64,000 nt of DNA from a virus (IMGVR_UViG_3300036770_001413:32001-96000); one strand, 5' to 3'. Counted from the stretch's first letter, positions 32,536-43,576 are shown. Made by a program: numbers and translations. The notes: generated by a model not told the origin, from the letters alone.

Positions 32536-32772
32536 TTAAATTACCAGAACAGCAGCTTCTTCTTCTGTCAATGGTTGACCAGAAACAAGTTTAGCTTTTG
32601 CTGATTCTTTGAGAGCTGCTTTTGCTTCTTCTGCCGCCACACGAGCCGCCTCTGCTTCTGCAAATGCTGCTGCATCTGCTTCACGCTGTGCGATTTCCTC
32701 GGCGGTCAAAGGAACAATAGTCTGCTCTCCAGTAGAACAATCTACTACTACCTTAGTCAGTACTTCAGTCAT
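32536..32772 (-). CDS. Small fibre-associated protein (KLGITEEE-like family)
   Basis: STGEQTIVPLTAEE...AKAKLVSGQPLTEEEA. Confidence 0.7.
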   Translation of the reverse strand: MTEVLTKVVVDCSTGEQTIVPLTAEEIAQREADAAAFAEAEAARVAAEEAKAALKESAKAKLVSGQPLTEEEAAVLVI

Positions 32773-32822
32773 TTTTTGCCTCCTATTTCTCTATTTATTT
32801 TACCATTTAATAAATGATAAGT

Positions 32823-33344
32823 CTAGCCTATTCCGTAAAGTGAAACAATACTGCCTGAAACCCAGTTAGAGCCAAAGTAAGGTTGTAAATTTATTGAAGT
32901 AATTGCTGTCGTATTTGCAAAAATGCCACCGTACACCTGCTGCCTGTTGTGTTCTGTTGTTGTTGAGTTGCTTAGTAAATGAGATTCAGCACTTATTTGT
33001 TTTGTGGAAGAACCAGCATACCTTTGAATGTATATTTGGCTTGTACCAAATGCTCCAGTTGTAGCACCTGCGGCACTTGCTCCGTATAGTTGAAAAAAAT
33101 TATTATTATCTAAGGAACTATTTGCAGTAGCACCATTTCCGTAAACGAAGCGACCATAATAAGTATTATTGTCCATATTACTATTAAACCGCAATACTAT
33201 TGCGTCATCAGTAGCAGTAGCACGGTCACTTCTCAAAAAAGCATAAATTACTAAATCTTTATATCCTTGAGATATTGAGGAAAAGTTAATTGAAGATTGT
33301 GAACTATTTAATGACACGCTTGATATTAGATTATGGGTTGGCAT
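32823..33344 (-). CDS. YGIK-family virion protein, type C
   Basis: YKDLVIYAFLRSDR...SLYGIG. Confidence 0.7.
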   Translation of the reverse strand: MPTHNLISSVSLNSSQSSINFSSISQGYKDLVIYAFLRSDRATATDDAIVLRFNSNMDNNTYYGRFVYGNGATANSSLDNNNFFQLYGASAAGATTGAFGTSQIYIQRYAGSSTKQISAESHLLSNSTTTEHNRQQVYGGIFANTTAITSINLQPYFGSNWVSGSIVSLYGIG

Positions 33345-33345
33345 G

Positions 33346-33858
33346 TCAAGCCGCCTTTATTCCATATAAAGAAAAAATAGATCCAACTGAAAAAACTCCT
33401 GAAACAGTAAAAACTTGTATAGAACTTATAGCAGACAAACTTCGATATTGTCCACAAATTAGCATAGCTTCACGAAATCCATCTATATGTCTTATGTTAT
33501 GACTGCGTATAAGAACTTGTTTATCGGCATTAGTATTATTTGCTTTATTTATATCTAAACGTAAAATACTTGCTTGAGACTGTGTTGCACCCATTCCAAC
33601 AAAATTAGTTACTTGAATAGAAGTAGCATTTGCAGAACGATTTGATGTTATATTAGTATAGCCACTTCCATAAGTATAAGAATAATTTGCACCTGTGTCT
33701 GAATTAAAACGTAAACGCACATCATCTCCACTAGAACTTCCTGAAGCTGAAACAGATAAAATAAGGTCAGTATAATCTATAGAAATGTTAGAAAATATAA
33801 CAGAGTTTGAGGTGGTGTTTAGAGTATTGCTACTAATCAAATCATAAGTTTTTGGCAT
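33346..33858 (-). CDS. YGIK-family virion protein, type B
   Basis: YTDLIL...FNSDTGANYSYT...SLYGIKAA. Confidence 0.7.
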   Translation of the reverse strand: MPKTYDLISSNTLNTTSNSVIFSNISIDYTDLILSVSASGSSSGDDVRLRFNSDTGANYSYTYGSGYTNITSNRSANATSIQVTNFVGMGATQSQASILRLDINKANNTNADKQVLIRSHNIRHIDGFREAMLICGQYRSLSAISSIQVFTVSGVFSVGSIFSLYGIKAA

Positions 33859-33860
33859 AT

Positions 33861-34409
33861 CTACTCAATTCCATATAAAGCATAAAAAGATTTTGTTCCA
33901 AAATTAGCGTTTTGCTGAAATACCGTTATGGAAGTAATTGCTGCAGTGTTACGCCATAAACCAGAGGCTGAGACCAAAGATCCACCGCCATTTCTATCAC
34001 AACCACCTATACCTCTTATAGATTTAAAAGTATTTGATGTATAATTTAAAATATCAATTATACTTGATGCTACTGTATTGCCAGAATTAAGAAAGGCGCC
34101 AGATCCAGTTTCTGCAAAAGTTGTAGAAATAAGAATACTACTCCCTAACGTGCTACCATTTGCACTAAATTGAGCTCTAGTATAATTACCAGAAGTATCT
34201 CCATTAATTCTAATTCCTACTGATCCTTCGTCATTATTGGCATAGCCAGGAGCTTGCCCAATGCCTCTTATTTGCAAGTGTTTATAAGTTTGAGGAATAT
34301 CAGAAAATGTAATACTTTGAGATGAACCCGTACCCGAAGCGCTAGCTATAGAAACAAAAGAACCAGAAATTGAATAACTTGAAGCAATAGTTCCTAATAT
34401 TGGGGTCAA
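33861..34409 (-). CDS. YGIK-family virion protein, type A
   Basis: YKHLQIRGIG...YALYGIE. Confidence 0.7.
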   Translation of the reverse strand: MTPILGTIASSYSISGSFVSIASASGTGSSQSITFSDIPQTYKHLQIRGIGQAPGYANNDEGSVGIRINGDTSGNYTRAQFSANGSTLGSSILISTTFAETGSGAFLNSGNTVASSIIDILNYTSNTFKSIRGIGGCDRNGGGSLVSASGLWRNTAAITSITVFQQNANFGTKSFYALYGIE

Positions 34410-35050
34410 GAAATATCACCAACTACGTACCAAAGGTCTGTTGCTGCTTTGATTAGCGTAGCTGATGAATATTGGACTCTTAATTTTGGAGCCGCCGCCG
34501 TTGCACCTGTACTAGCTACAGTGGTTGTACCAGAGGTTACGGCGTTAATAGTCACCTGTCCTGCGCCAATTTGAATAATATTAATTTGTGCTCCTACTGG
34601 AAATGCTACTGAAGCATTTGTAGGAATTGAATATGTTTGAGCGGAAGCATTAGATGCTGTTACTAATTTTCCATTATCCGCCAACACAAATGTATATGTA
34701 GTTCCAGTTTGTGCATTTAATGTAAGGTTTAATTTAGGATCATTAATTTCTGGACTTGTTAATGTCTTATTTGTAAGAGTTTGAGATCCTGTAAGTGTAG
34801 CAACTGTGGAATCTACTGATAATGTTACTCCGCCAGAATTTCCGCCTCCGCTTAAACCTGTGCCCGCTGTAACTCCAGTGATATCCCCATCTGTTACTGT
34901 ATATCCCAAAGAAGTCCATGCAGTTGATCCATCGCCAACCTTCATCTTCTTTGTATCTGTTTCGAATCCTATTTCTCCCGCCGCCAAAACAGTGTTGGCG
35001 GAAGTCCAAGAAGACGCTGATCCCCTTTTAACTTGAATTACTGCTGCCAT
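34406..35050 (-). CDS. Mtd_N-like domain fibre adaptor
   Basis: QVKRGSASSW...LAAGEIGFETDT; ends WYVVGDIS. Confidence 0.8.
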   Translation of the reverse strand: MAAVIQVKRGSASSWTSANTVLAAGEIGFETDTKKMKVGDGSTAWTSLGYTVTDGDITGVTAGTGLSGGGNSGGVTLSVDSTVATLTGSQTLTNKTLTSPEINDPKLNLTLNAQTGTTYTFVLADNGKLVTASNASAQTYSIPTNASVAFPVGAQINIIQIGAGQVTINAVTSGTTTVASTGATAAAPKLRVQYSSATLIKAATDLWYVVGDIS

Positions 35051-35199
35051 TATACTGTTCCTCCATCGAATGTTTGTGTTGCTGTTGAATCTATTGTATT
35101 ATAAACATTGCCTTCTTGCAAAGCGTCTACCAGACCGCCGTCCAAATTATCTCCAGCGGCGAAGTCAGAAGAATCCGCTATTGCTCTAGCCTTGCTCAT
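35050..35199 (-). CDS. 49-aa linker peptide (ARxxA start, DGG end)
   Basis: MSKARAIADS...TFDGGTV; AGGAGG RBS; below the track cut-off. Confidence 0.7.
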   Translation of the reverse strand: MSKARAIADSSDFAAGDNLDGGLVDALQEGNVYNTIDSTATQTFDGGTV

Positions 35200-35208
35200 A
35201 ATACCTCC

Positions 35209-35454
35209 TTATAGTCCTAAAGCTTTTAGATCTTCTGCTGTCAAACCTAGTGCGGCTAACTTTGCTTCTGCCGCATTTTTTTTAGCCAAAGCATCTGCTT
35301 CTTTTTGTAAAATTTCTAATTGAATATCTGCATATTCATTACATGCCGCCTCATACTCTTCAGAATTTAATTCAAAAACCTCATCTTCAACTCCTTTATA
35401 AAGTTTTGGATTTTCTATTTTATAATCATTAATTATTTCTTCTTTTGTCTTCAT
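35209..35454 (-). CDS. Small fibre-associated protein (KLGITEEE-like family)
   Basis: AEAKLAALGLTAEDLKALGL. Confidence 0.7.
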   Translation of the reverse strand: MKTKEEIINDYKIENPKLYKGVEDEVFELNSEEYEAACNEYADIQLEILQKEADALAKKNAAEAKLAALGLTAEDLKALGL

Positions 35455-35462
35455 GTCATCTC

Positions 35463-36677
35463 CTATAATGCAAATCCATAAATTGTAATATTTCCAGCAA
35501 TATTTGACGAAGTAGTGTTTGATAGCCTTATTCCATTGTATGAAGTTCCTACATCATGAATGCCAGCAAACCAACCTTGTCGTCTGCTTGCACCTGCATT
35601 TGTTGTATGCTGAGACCAGTAATGTGTGGGAACGGCATTAAATGGATTCCATAATACACAGTGAAAGTATCCTCTTTCTCCTCCACTATTTGAATTTCCA
35701 ATTGTTCCTCTTGCAGCATTTGATGCACCTTCTGGATAATGTGTTCCAGCATAATCAACTGCAGATTTTGCAAAATTGTAATTTGCAGTATTTGGTGTTC
35801 CTGATGCCATTAGTTGAAATGCTAATCCTCCGCCTGAAGATGATCTTTCGTCTCCTATTAATAAATAGTGGTCATAAGTTTGAGAAAATACACTAGAAAT
35901 GTCATATGTGGTCACACCACTAAAAGAATAATATCCTATTTTGACTAGTCCTCCACTTGAAGGAGTAGTCCAACTTGGAACTCCGCCAGAAATTCCTAAT
36001 ACCTGTCCTGTGCTACCAATTCCAAGTCTAGCTGGAGTATTTGCGGCGGAGGCATAAATAATATCACCTGTAGTTGTAGTTAAAGATTTTGGAATTGCTG
36101 CATTTGCTAAATCATATGCTGATTTAACCGCAGTTGGTGTTGCTGCTAAAACTGAAGATGTGGTAGATGTTGAATCTGATAATTGAACTGCTCCTGACTG
36201 AGAGGTAGAAGCAGATTGAATTCCTATTGTTACTGCTCCGCTTGTTCCACCGCCTGTTAAAGGAGATGAGGCTGTGACGCTTTCAATATCTCCAGGAAGA
36301 GAAACTGATCCCCCTAATGATACTGCATTTCCATTAATAGTAATGCTTGAATTAGTCAATTGTGCATTACTTACTGTTCCAGTCAAAGATGTTGTAGGAA
36401 CTGATGCTACGCTAAAATTATTATAGCAATTTACCTGAACAAAGTCTGAAGCAGACAATGCAGCGAGTCCCGTAATTGATGTTCCATTTGTAGCTGTATA
36501 GTCATCTCCACGAACTAGAAGAATACCATTGAGATATACTTGTTCCTGCCCTGGAGTATATGAAAGAGCTTGTGATGCATTATCATATCCTGAGAGAGAT
36601 GTCTCTCCGCCTGCCGCCGTCTTTCTCCAGATAAGACTTGTTAGCACACCATTAGCTGGTGGATATTGATCTATCAT
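35463..36677 (-). CDS. Modular fibre protein
   Basis: EQVYLNGILL, LAATPTAVKSAYDLA tail-fibre repeat and TTTGDIIYASAANTPARL modules. Confidence 0.75.
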   Translation of the reverse strand: MIDQYPPANGVLTSLIWRKTAAGGETSLSGYDNASQALSYTPGQEQVYLNGILLVRGDDYTATNGTSITGLAALSASDFVQVNCYNNFSVASVPTTSLTGTVSNAQLTNSSITINGNAVSLGGSVSLPGDIESVTASSPLTGGGTSGAVTIGIQSASTSQSGAVQLSDSTSTTSSVLAATPTAVKSAYDLANAAIPKSLTTTTGDIIYASAANTPARLGIGSTGQVLGISGGVPSWTTPSSGGLVKIGYYSFSGVTTYDISSVFSQTYDHYLLIGDERSSSGGGLAFQLMASGTPNTANYNFAKSAVDYAGTHYPEGASNAARGTIGNSNSGGERGYFHCVLWNPFNAVPTHYWSQHTTNAGASRRQGWFAGIHDVGTSYNGIRLSNTTSSNIAGNITIYGFAL

Positions 36678-36976
36678 GAAATCTCAACTCCTGACACATG
36701 CAGTTTAACATCTGCGCTTGTTGCAAATCCTGCCACAATGTCCCCTGTCGGAATTACGGTCTTTGGCTGAATCGTAATAACCGTATTTGCCGAAATTGGG
36801 ACGGTAGGCAAAATATTTACGCCATCTACTGTCATTGTAACATATTGTTGATCTGAAGATGTATTTGAAACTACTATATCTGTTAGTACCGCCGTCGTTG
36901 CGGCGGGAACAGTATAAAGAGTAGTAGAAGATGTTGCTGCTGCTCCTCTATGAAATAATGTAGGTGTAACTGCCAT
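36674..36976 (-). CDS. Small virion adaptor (LYTVPAAT family)
   Basis: Paralog of 29019..29381. Confidence 0.7.
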   Translation of the reverse strand: MAVTPTLFHRGAAATSSTTLYTVPAATTAVLTDIVVSNTSSDQQYVTMTVDGVNILPTVPISANTVITIQPKTVIPTGDIVAGFATSADVKLHVSGVEIS

Positions 36977-37387
36977 TTATAATACCCCCATCAAAGCATA
37001 AATATCAGCATTATTTGCAGTATCGGTATCTGTAAAAGTAATTGTTGTAGTGTCTGTTCCAGCATTATCTGCAAATGTAGCACCTACAAAATTAACAATT
37101 CCTCGTGGTGTAACGGTTGTTCCATTATTCTTAATTGTCTGATTATATAATTTACCCCAGTTGATATTTGTACCATCTGACTGGATTGCATAATTTACTG
37201 TTCCGCCATTTTGTACTGGCAATAGGGCATTGATAGCATTAGTTGCTGATGTCTGTCCTGTTCCGCCAGCAGTTATTGGAAGTACGGCGGTAGAAGATAT
37301 ATTACCACTAGAATCAGTAGTTAATATAGCGGCGGAAGTAATCGGGATATTTAGTCCAGATTTTACTTTAAAGTTTTTATCTGCCAC
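36977..37387 (-). CDS. Fibre adaptor (DKNFKVK start, LMG end)
   Basis: MADKNFKVKSG...YALMGVL. Confidence 0.7.
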   Translation of the reverse strand: MADKNFKVKSGLNIPITSAAILTTDSSGNISSTAVLPITAGGTGQTSATNAINALLPVQNGGTVNYAIQSDGTNINWGKLYNQTIKNNGTTVTPRGIVNFVGATFADNAGTDTTTITFTDTDTANNADIYALMGVL

Positions 37388-37397
37388 TTACTTCCTC

Positions 37398-40049
37398 CTA
37401 TAACTTAACTTTGCTGAATTTTACATCTACGTTTGTGCTTGATGCATCTGTTACTGTTGCTTGAAGAACTGCATCGGATCCTGATGTTGTAGCAGAAACT
37501 ACTACCCCTGTCATTGTTCCACCAGTTTCGGTTATAGCAAATTCTGTCATATCTACAGAACTTCCATCGGTTTGCATTACAACCTTTGAAGTTCTTACCT
37601 TTGAACCCTGTTTTAGAGATACCATATATTCAATTGAGGTAAATGCTGATAGAGCGGTAGTGCTAATTGTAGTTGCAGTATTTGCGGTTAGAGTAGCTGT
37701 ACCTGTCTCAATTGGAACAACTAGAGCTGCCCATGAAGCATTTGTACCATCTGTAGTTAAATAATATCCGTTATTACCAGTTTGTGATGGAAGGGTTATT
37801 GGTGCCGCCGCCCATGAAGGAACTCCAGAGGCAAGCGTTAAAATTTGTCCATCTGTGCCCTTTGCTAATTTAGCAAGAGTGTCTGTAGCAGAAGCATAAA
37901 GAATATCTCCTGATGCATATGATGTTTGTCCTGTTCCACCTTTTGTTGGACCAATCGCTGTAGCGCTCCAAGTTCCTGCTGTGACTGTTCCAACTGTAGT
38001 GATGCTATCATCACCAGTATAAGTTCCACCAGCTACCGCTGCAAGGGTTGAGTTGTATGCCTGTACGTCTGTGCCAATTGCTAGTCCAAGATTTGTTCTT
38101 GCTACGCCTGCATCTGTTGCACCAGTTCCACCATTTGCTATTGCAATTGTTGTTCCAGTCCATGTGCCAGTTGTAATTGTTCCAAGGGTTGTAATATTTG
38201 TGCTTCCACCCCAAGTTGATAAGGCAGTATTTTCAACATTACCTAATCCAACTTTAGACTTAGATAGGGATGTAATCCAGGATGGATCAGAATAAGATCC
38301 AGTTGTAACTACTCCATTTGTTACAGTATCTGCATTTCCAGTTAAATTACCAGTAAATGTTCCTGTAATTGTTTTATTGGTCAGAGTCTGTGCTGTACTC
38401 AGGTCAACAGTAACGCCTGTATCAATTGATAATGTTCCTGGTGTAGCTTCGGTTAAACCATTTCCAGCAATTACAACCTGACCAGCATTAAATTGTGTAT
38501 ATGAAATTGCTGTTGTTCCAATTGTAATTGTGCCAGTTGTGTTTACGATATATCCAAAACCAGCATTTGTTGAACCTTGTTGTACAAACGTGAAATCTCC
38601 ATATGCTACTTCACCTGCTGGCGAGTTATCGGCATCCGTTGCACGAGTTAAAACCCATGGATTTGAAACATCTCCTGTAGATGTTACTTCGTAAATACCA
38701 TTTTCTAATCCTGTCGTCTGATTCTTTACGAGTACACGCTCAGAAGCATTTAGAGTGTGTCCATCTACTACAAGAGCTCCGTTGGCGTTTGCAGTAAGAG
38801 TTGCTCCTACTCCACCTGTTCCATTTGCATATGTTGCATCTAGATTTGCAGTTGTTGCTGCATGAACGGCAGCATGGAAGTTTAGTCCAGCAGTAGTGTT
38901 ATCTACATAAGCCTTTGTTGCGGCATCTCCTGAAGCAGTAGGTGTTCCAAGATTTGTAATTTTGTATGCGCCCATATCAATATTTGCAGTAGGCGTTCCA
39001 ACTGCGCTTAGGGCAAATTCAGATGGATCTACAGATATTGCTCCAGTATTGTCGTCATAATCTAGACCGTTTCCAACGGCATTTCCGACAGCATCCTGAG
39101 CATTTTCATCTGTATATGTTACTGCACCTGTGAAGCTTAATGAATTAGCATTATCATTATATGTGATTGTAATATTTGTATGAGTTCCTGCTGCTATTGC
39201 TGCCGCCACAGCATCTTGAGCTCTTTCATCTGTAAAATATTGATTAGTTCCTTCTTCAATATCTGTTGTGGACAAGGCATTAATTGCGCTTGTAATATCT
39301 GAAGTTAAAGCAACTGTTCCAGTTGCATCTGGGAGTGTCAATGTACGATCTACAGTAGGATCTGTGACCGTAAGCGTAGTTTCATGATCATTTGCAGTTC
39401 CCTCAAAGACAATGCTTGAGTCTGAAAGATATAGTCCAGAAACTACTGGAGATGTTAAAGTTTTATTTGTTAAAGTATCTGTTGTTGCACGACCAACTAA
39501 TGTGTCTGTTGCATCTGGAAGAGTTAATGTGCGATCATCTGTTGGCTCTCCAACCGTCAATGTGGTCTCATATGAGTCTGCAACTGCACCTTCAAATACG
39601 ATGCTTGCATCAGACAGAGTTAGACCAGAAACGACGGGGGATGTAAGAGTCTTATTAGTTAATGTATCAGTAGTATCAGTTCCTACTAGAGTAGTGGTAG
39701 CATCTGGGAATGTTACAGTTCTATCGTCTGTTGCATTTGAACTTGTAAGAGTTACGGTGTATGTATCTGTAAGCTCAATGTCTGTGCCTGGAACAAATAG
39801 ATTTCCGTCCACAAGTTCTGCTACGGTTACGCTTAAATCTCCAGTCTCTAAATATCCATTTAAAGTATTATTTAAATCTCCTGGAACTACGTTTGCATAT
39901 GCAGTAATTGAATTCCATGGAGTGGAACCAGTACCTACTTTAAATTTAAGGGTATCTGTTTCAATACCTATTTCTCCCGCCCGCAATGTTGGATTTGATG
40001 AAACCCAATTTGCTGCGGTATCCCTACGAAGTTGAATTCTAACTGCCAT
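37398..40049 (-). CDS. Long fibre protein with Mtd_N-like N-terminus
   Basis: [10 protein letters not shown]...GEIGIETDT; repeated [12 protein letters not shown]; ERVLVKNQ...NGIY module. Confidence 0.8.
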   Translation of the reverse strand: MAVRIQLRRDTAANWVSSNPTLRAGEIGIETDTLKFKVGTGSTPWNSITAYANVVPGDLNNTLNGYLETGDLSVTVAELVDGNLFVPGTDIELTDTYTVTLTSSNATDDRTVTFPDATTTLVGTDTTDTLTNKTLTSPVVSGLTLSDASIVFEGAVADSYETTLTVGEPTDDRTLTLPDATDTLVGRATTDTLTNKTLTSPVVSGLYLSDSSIVFEGTANDHETTLTVTDPTVDRTLTLPDATGTVALTSDITSAINALSTTDIEEGTNQYFTDERAQDAVAAAIAAGTHTNITITYNDNANSLSFTGAVTYTDENAQDAVGNAVGNGLDYDDNTGAISVDPSEFALSAVGTPTANIDMGAYKITNLGTPTASGDAATKAYVDNTTAGLNFHAAVHAATTANLDATYANGTGGVGATLTANANGALVVDGHTLNASERVLVKNQTTGLENGIYEVTSTGDVSNPWVLTRATDADNSPAGEVAYGDFTFVQQGSTNAGFGYIVNTTGTITIGTTAISYTQFNAGQVVIAGNGLTEATPGTLSIDTGVTVDLSTAQTLTNKTITGTFTGNLTGNADTVTNGVVTTGSYSDPSWITSLSKSKVGLGNVENTALSTWGGSTNITTLGTITTGTWTGTTIAIANGGTGATDAGVARTNLGLAIGTDVQAYNSTLAAVAGGTYTGDDSITTVGTVTAGTWSATAIGPTKGGTGQTSYASGDILYASATDTLAKLAKGTDGQILTLASGVPSWAAAPITLPSQTGNNGYYLTTDGTNASWAALVVPIETGTATLTANTATTISTTALSAFTSIEYMVSLKQGSKVRTSKVVMQTDGSSVDMTEFAITETGGTMTGVVVSATTSGSDAVLQATVTDASSTNVDVKFSKVKL

Positions 40050-40052
40050 TTG

Positions 40053-40508
40053 CTATGCACTCCCTCCATCTATTATATCATTATTAGGTGCTGATGCATA
40101 GGATGTACTTGCGGTTCCGCCGTCCATAGAAACAATATAATTTAATTCATCTACATATTGTCCATAGTCTACATGCCTTACTAATCCTTCGCCTGCATAG
40201 TGCTGGTGGTCTAACAATTCTTTTGGTCCAGCCACATCATACCAAATTGTTCCATTGTAAGCTTTTATTGTTTGTTCATTTGTATCAAAATATACTGAAC
40301 CTTGCGTTGGGCTATTTGGAGCTGTATCTAGAGATTGAATTGCTGATGCTGAAGATGAAGCTCCTGTTCCTACTGCCGTCCAAGTTGTGCCATTATAAAA
40401 TTTTAAAACATTTGCAGTAGTATTGTAATAAATAGCACCAGTTACCCCGCTTGCTGGATCTGAAGCCAGCGAAGGCGGGGCAATCGGTGTTAAATATTTT
40501 TTAGCCAC
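40053..40508 (-). CDS. Fibre adaptor (DGG end)
   Basis: GxxYxxTxxxxxKxYNGTxW repeats; ends IDGGSA. Confidence 0.7.
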   Translation of the reverse strand: MAKKYLTPIAPPSLASDPASGVTGAIYYNTTANVLKFYNGTTWTAVGTGASSSASAIQSLDTAPNSPTQGSVYFDTNEQTIKAYNGTIWYDVAGPKELLDHQHYAGEGLVRHVDYGQYVDELNYIVSMDGGTASTSYASAPNNDIIDGGSA

Positions 40509-40510
40509 TA

Positions 40511-42397
40511 TTAGCCAACCACTACTACCCTGTACTGATTAGATGTCGGAGCTACAGCAAACTTAATAGTCAAATTATTGCTATCAGTATGTTCTACGTC
40601 TGCTTCGACTTGTGCGTATGGGGATGCATTCTCATATACATGAACCGACACATCTCTTGTTGCAAGAGCATGAGTTACTGTATAGGAAGTTGCTGATCCG
40701 TCACCAACATTGAATGCTAGTTTGCGAGTTCCATATCCATTTGCAGTATCAAATACTAGGGCTCCACCACTAAATGTGAGTCCTGTACCGTTATTAATAC
40801 CAAGTCCAGAAGCTGTTACTTCTAGACCATCATTTGTGTTTACCTTTACTTCTACTGCTCCGCCAGTATTTGTAAGAGAGGCATTTCCTGAGGTAGGAGT
40901 TACATCTACGCTAAATGTACTTCCATTTAGGCTTAGTCCATCTCCTGCTAGGTAAGTACCTGCACCAGAGAACTGAGTAAAACTAATTGGATCTGCACCG
41001 ATTGTTGCAGGGGATAGAGTTTGTACCCATCCCGTATTTGCGTAGTTAGTACCAACTGATACAAAGACAAAGTCACCAGACTTAACTTCTGTCGGAGTGT
41101 CAAAATCTGTTGCACGAACTGCTGCTCCAGAGGCTTGTACAACATAGATACCATTTTGTGACTGTGTTGACTGTCCATTGACAAGAACACGATCACCAGC
41201 TACAAGAGTAATACCATCAATTACGTCTCCAGCTTCTAAGTCTGTTGACAAATCAATATTTGTTGCTACATATACTCTAGCTGCAGCATGAACATGTAGA
41301 CCTTCAGAAACTGCATCTACGTATGCCTTATTTGCAGCGTCTCCACTATTTGTTGGAGCTGCTAGGTTTGTAATCTTTTGACTATTTGCATTAAGGTCTG
41401 CAGAAAGAGTTGTTCCTGAACCTAATGTTTTATTTGTTAAAGTTTGTGTTCCATCATTTGTGGTGACAGTTGAATCAATATCAATTGTAAGAGTTCCAGC
41501 ACCATCATTATATAATTTATCTAAGCCTGTTCCAGCAACAATTAAGTTGGCTGTAACATCTTCTATACGATCAACATTTACTGTTACTGCTCCAGATGTT
41601 ACTGTAAAGTCTGTTGCGTCAAATGATGCGATACCTTTGTTTGATGATGTTGCATCCTCGGCAGCTACAGTAATAGTATTTGAAGCATGTGTTACATCTA
41701 CACCTTCTCCTCCAAGAATTGAAATTCCATGTGAGGATGGAGTAAGAGCTCCAGAATCTGTAGTTACTGATTTTACAACTGTATCTTCTAGCTCTACAGC
41801 ACCATCGGTTACGTTAAAATCATCGGCATTGAAAGATGCGATACCTTTATTTGTGGTGCTAGCATCTTCTCCTGCAACTGTAAGGGTTCCATTGGCATCG
41901 TCATATGTTACATCAATGCCCTCGCCCTCTTTTACGAGACCAGTAACTGCATCAGCTACGGTGTCATCGATAAATTCTGCTAAATCTGTAACTTGAGATG
42001 TAGCAATTTGAATGTCTTGCTCATTTGCTGCGGTTAATCTACCTTGAGCATCTACTGTAAATGATGCAGTCTTTGCTGCGGTAGTTCCGTAGCTTCCAGC
42101 AGTTACTGCTGTGTTATCTAAATCAATTGTTGTATGACCAGTTCCTGCATCATCATAACTTGCTGTTAATCCAGTTCCGCCAATTACGGAAGAACCGATA
42201 ACGTCTTGAATTACTTCAGTTGAACCAGAAGCTGGCACCCATGCGGTTCCATTGTAGAAATACAAAACATTTGCTGTTGTGTCGAAATAAATTTGACCCG
42301 CTACTGGACTCGACGGCGCAGAGCTGAGGTTGTGGATTCTGGCATTCTGAAGTTCATTCTTGTTCAGATTTATGCCAGTTACGAATAATCTTGCCAT
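40511..42397 (-). CDS. Fibre protein
   Basis: KGIASF repeats; DAANKAYVD; DRVLVNGQ...NGIY; C-terminal VTHALATRDVSV. Confidence 0.75.
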   Translation of the reverse strand: MARLFVTGINLNKNELQNARIHNLSSAPSSPVAGQIYFDTTANVLYFYNGTAWVPASGSTEVIQDVIGSSVIGGTGLTASYDDAGTGHTTIDLDNTAVTAGSYGTTAAKTASFTVDAQGRLTAANEQDIQIATSQVTDLAEFIDDTVADAVTGLVKEGEGIDVTYDDANGTLTVAGEDASTTNKGIASFNADDFNVTDGAVELEDTVVKSVTTDSGALTPSSHGISILGGEGVDVTHASNTITVAAEDATSSNKGIASFDATDFTVTSGAVTVNVDRIEDVTANLIVAGTGLDKLYNDGAGTLTIDIDSTVTTNDGTQTLTNKTLGSGTTLSADLNANSQKITNLAAPTNSGDAANKAYVDAVSEGLHVHAAARVYVATNIDLSTDLEAGDVIDGITLVAGDRVLVNGQSTQSQNGIYVVQASGAAVRATDFDTPTEVKSGDFVFVSVGTNYANTGWVQTLSPATIGADPISFTQFSGAGTYLAGDGLSLNGSTFSVDVTPTSGNASLTNTGGAVEVKVNTNDGLEVTASGLGINNGTGLTFSGGALVFDTANGYGTRKLAFNVGDGSATSYTVTHALATRDVSVHVYENASPYAQVEADVEHTDSNNLTIKFAVAPTSNQYRVVVVG

Positions 42398-42406
42398 TTT
42401 TTCTCC

Positions 42407-42862
42407 TTACGACAGGTACGCTGTCCCTGAGAATGGTTGAGCCATTGTCAGTGTTATTTGATTGATACTATTATAATCTATTCCTGTTTCCAATATGTCG
42501 CCAGCGCTAGTCTTTACCGTTACATTTGGATAAAAGCCTAAATTATGATTTATTACAAGTGAATATATACCAGATACTGGGCCTGTTACTTGACCAATTT
42601 CCCAAGAGTATGAAAATGCATAATCCGCACCCTCTTGAATAAATTTAATAACTGCTGCCCCAGACCAAGATCCATCGGTAAGCTTTGGACCATAGAAATC
42701 TGTTGTTGCTGTATTATAATAAAAATCTCCAGTCAAACCTAAATTGTTTGAAGGGACGCCTGAGCCATTTAGGATAGTTCTTCCTCTAGGGCCCTGAGGT
42801 CCTGGAGATGCCACTATGACATTATTTCTAGAAGAATTTACCGTAATTAGATTTTCGGTCAT
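42407..42862 (-). CDS. Fibre-base adaptor
   Basis: PGPQGPRG; GLTGDFYY; INHNLGFYPNVTV. Confidence 0.65.
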   Translation of the reverse strand: MTENLITVNSSRNNVIVASPGPQGPRGRTILNGSGVPSNNLGLTGDFYYNTATTDFYGPKLTDGSWSGAAVIKFIQEGADYAFSYSWEIGQVTGPVSGIYSLVINHNLGFYPNVTVKTSAGDILETGIDYNSINQITLTMAQPFSGTAYLS

Positions 42863-43203
42863 ACGGTCACCGTCCTTTTAAGATTAATATAGCCACCGAG
42901 TAATTTAGTTTTAACTAAATTTGAGTCTGTGACAATAAGGTCATAAATAGATTTTGGATAGAATATTTTCTTAGTTTGAGTTGGAGTCATTCTGACGGTT
43001 ACTTTTCCTAAAGCCCCGTCAATTGTTATTCCTCCGCTAGGTGATGTTAAAGTAAAGGCAAGCTTTTGACCTGTTGCATCCCGAACCTGCATTTTTGCGG
43101 TAGCACCAGTAAGATCGATGATTGCATCATCTGGATCTTTATATTCTACTACGAATGTGAAAGTTGTATCCTGATCCACATCCCAATTTTTTTGTCCTGC
43201 CAT
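42859..43203 (-). CDS. BppU-like fibre anchor protein
   Basis: IDLTGATAKMQVR...YDLIV; first gene of the fibre cluster. Confidence 0.6.
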   Translation of the reverse strand: MAGQKNWDVDQDTTFTFVVEYKDPDDAIIDLTGATAKMQVRDATGQKLAFTLTSPSGGITIDGALGKVTVRMTPTQTKKIFYPKSIYDLIVTDSNLVKTKLLGGYINLKRTVTV

Positions 43204-43279
43204 TTGCTGAAAATCTCCTAAATAGGAAAACTCCTATGCCCATTTTAGCACAGGAGTTATCCTAATCTACTTACTTAAA

Positions 43280-43507
43280 TTATACCTTTTTGGTAAATCC
43301 AAATGAACTTTCGTTTGGATTCAATGCCTTCAGAATAACTGGAAGACATGCTGCAATACCACCCTTAATTAAATCTCCTGGGTCGGTGTTGCCAGTCATA
43401 TATAGAGCAATGGCGGCACCTAAAAAGTGACGACCATAGCTTGCTAACGCTGCTAGAATTTTCTCTTGCATTGTTACCTTTCCGTCTTGATTAAGATCTT
43501 CTTTCAT
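43280..43507 (-). CDS. Putative holin
   Basis: 75 aa with two hydrophobic segments and a basic tail (LNPNESSFGFTKK). Confidence 0.5.
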   Translation of the reverse strand: MKEDLNQDGKVTMQEKILAALASYGRHFLGAAIALYMTGNTDPGDLIKGGIAACLPVILKALNPNESSFGFTKKV

Positions 43508-43576
43508 AAAGACCTCCTGTATCTGGGCACGGTGCCCAGGAATTTTGGGGGTTAGCCCAATACTAATATTGTAGCA

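Noticed and set aside
23890-36085. Diversity-generating retroelement, suggested by Mtd_N-like domains and near-duplicate segments at ~23894-23968 and ~36016-36083
   Set aside because: The differences are mostly synonymous third-position changes, not adenine-specific. No reverse transcriptase is in the window, and Mtd_N is only an anchoring domain.
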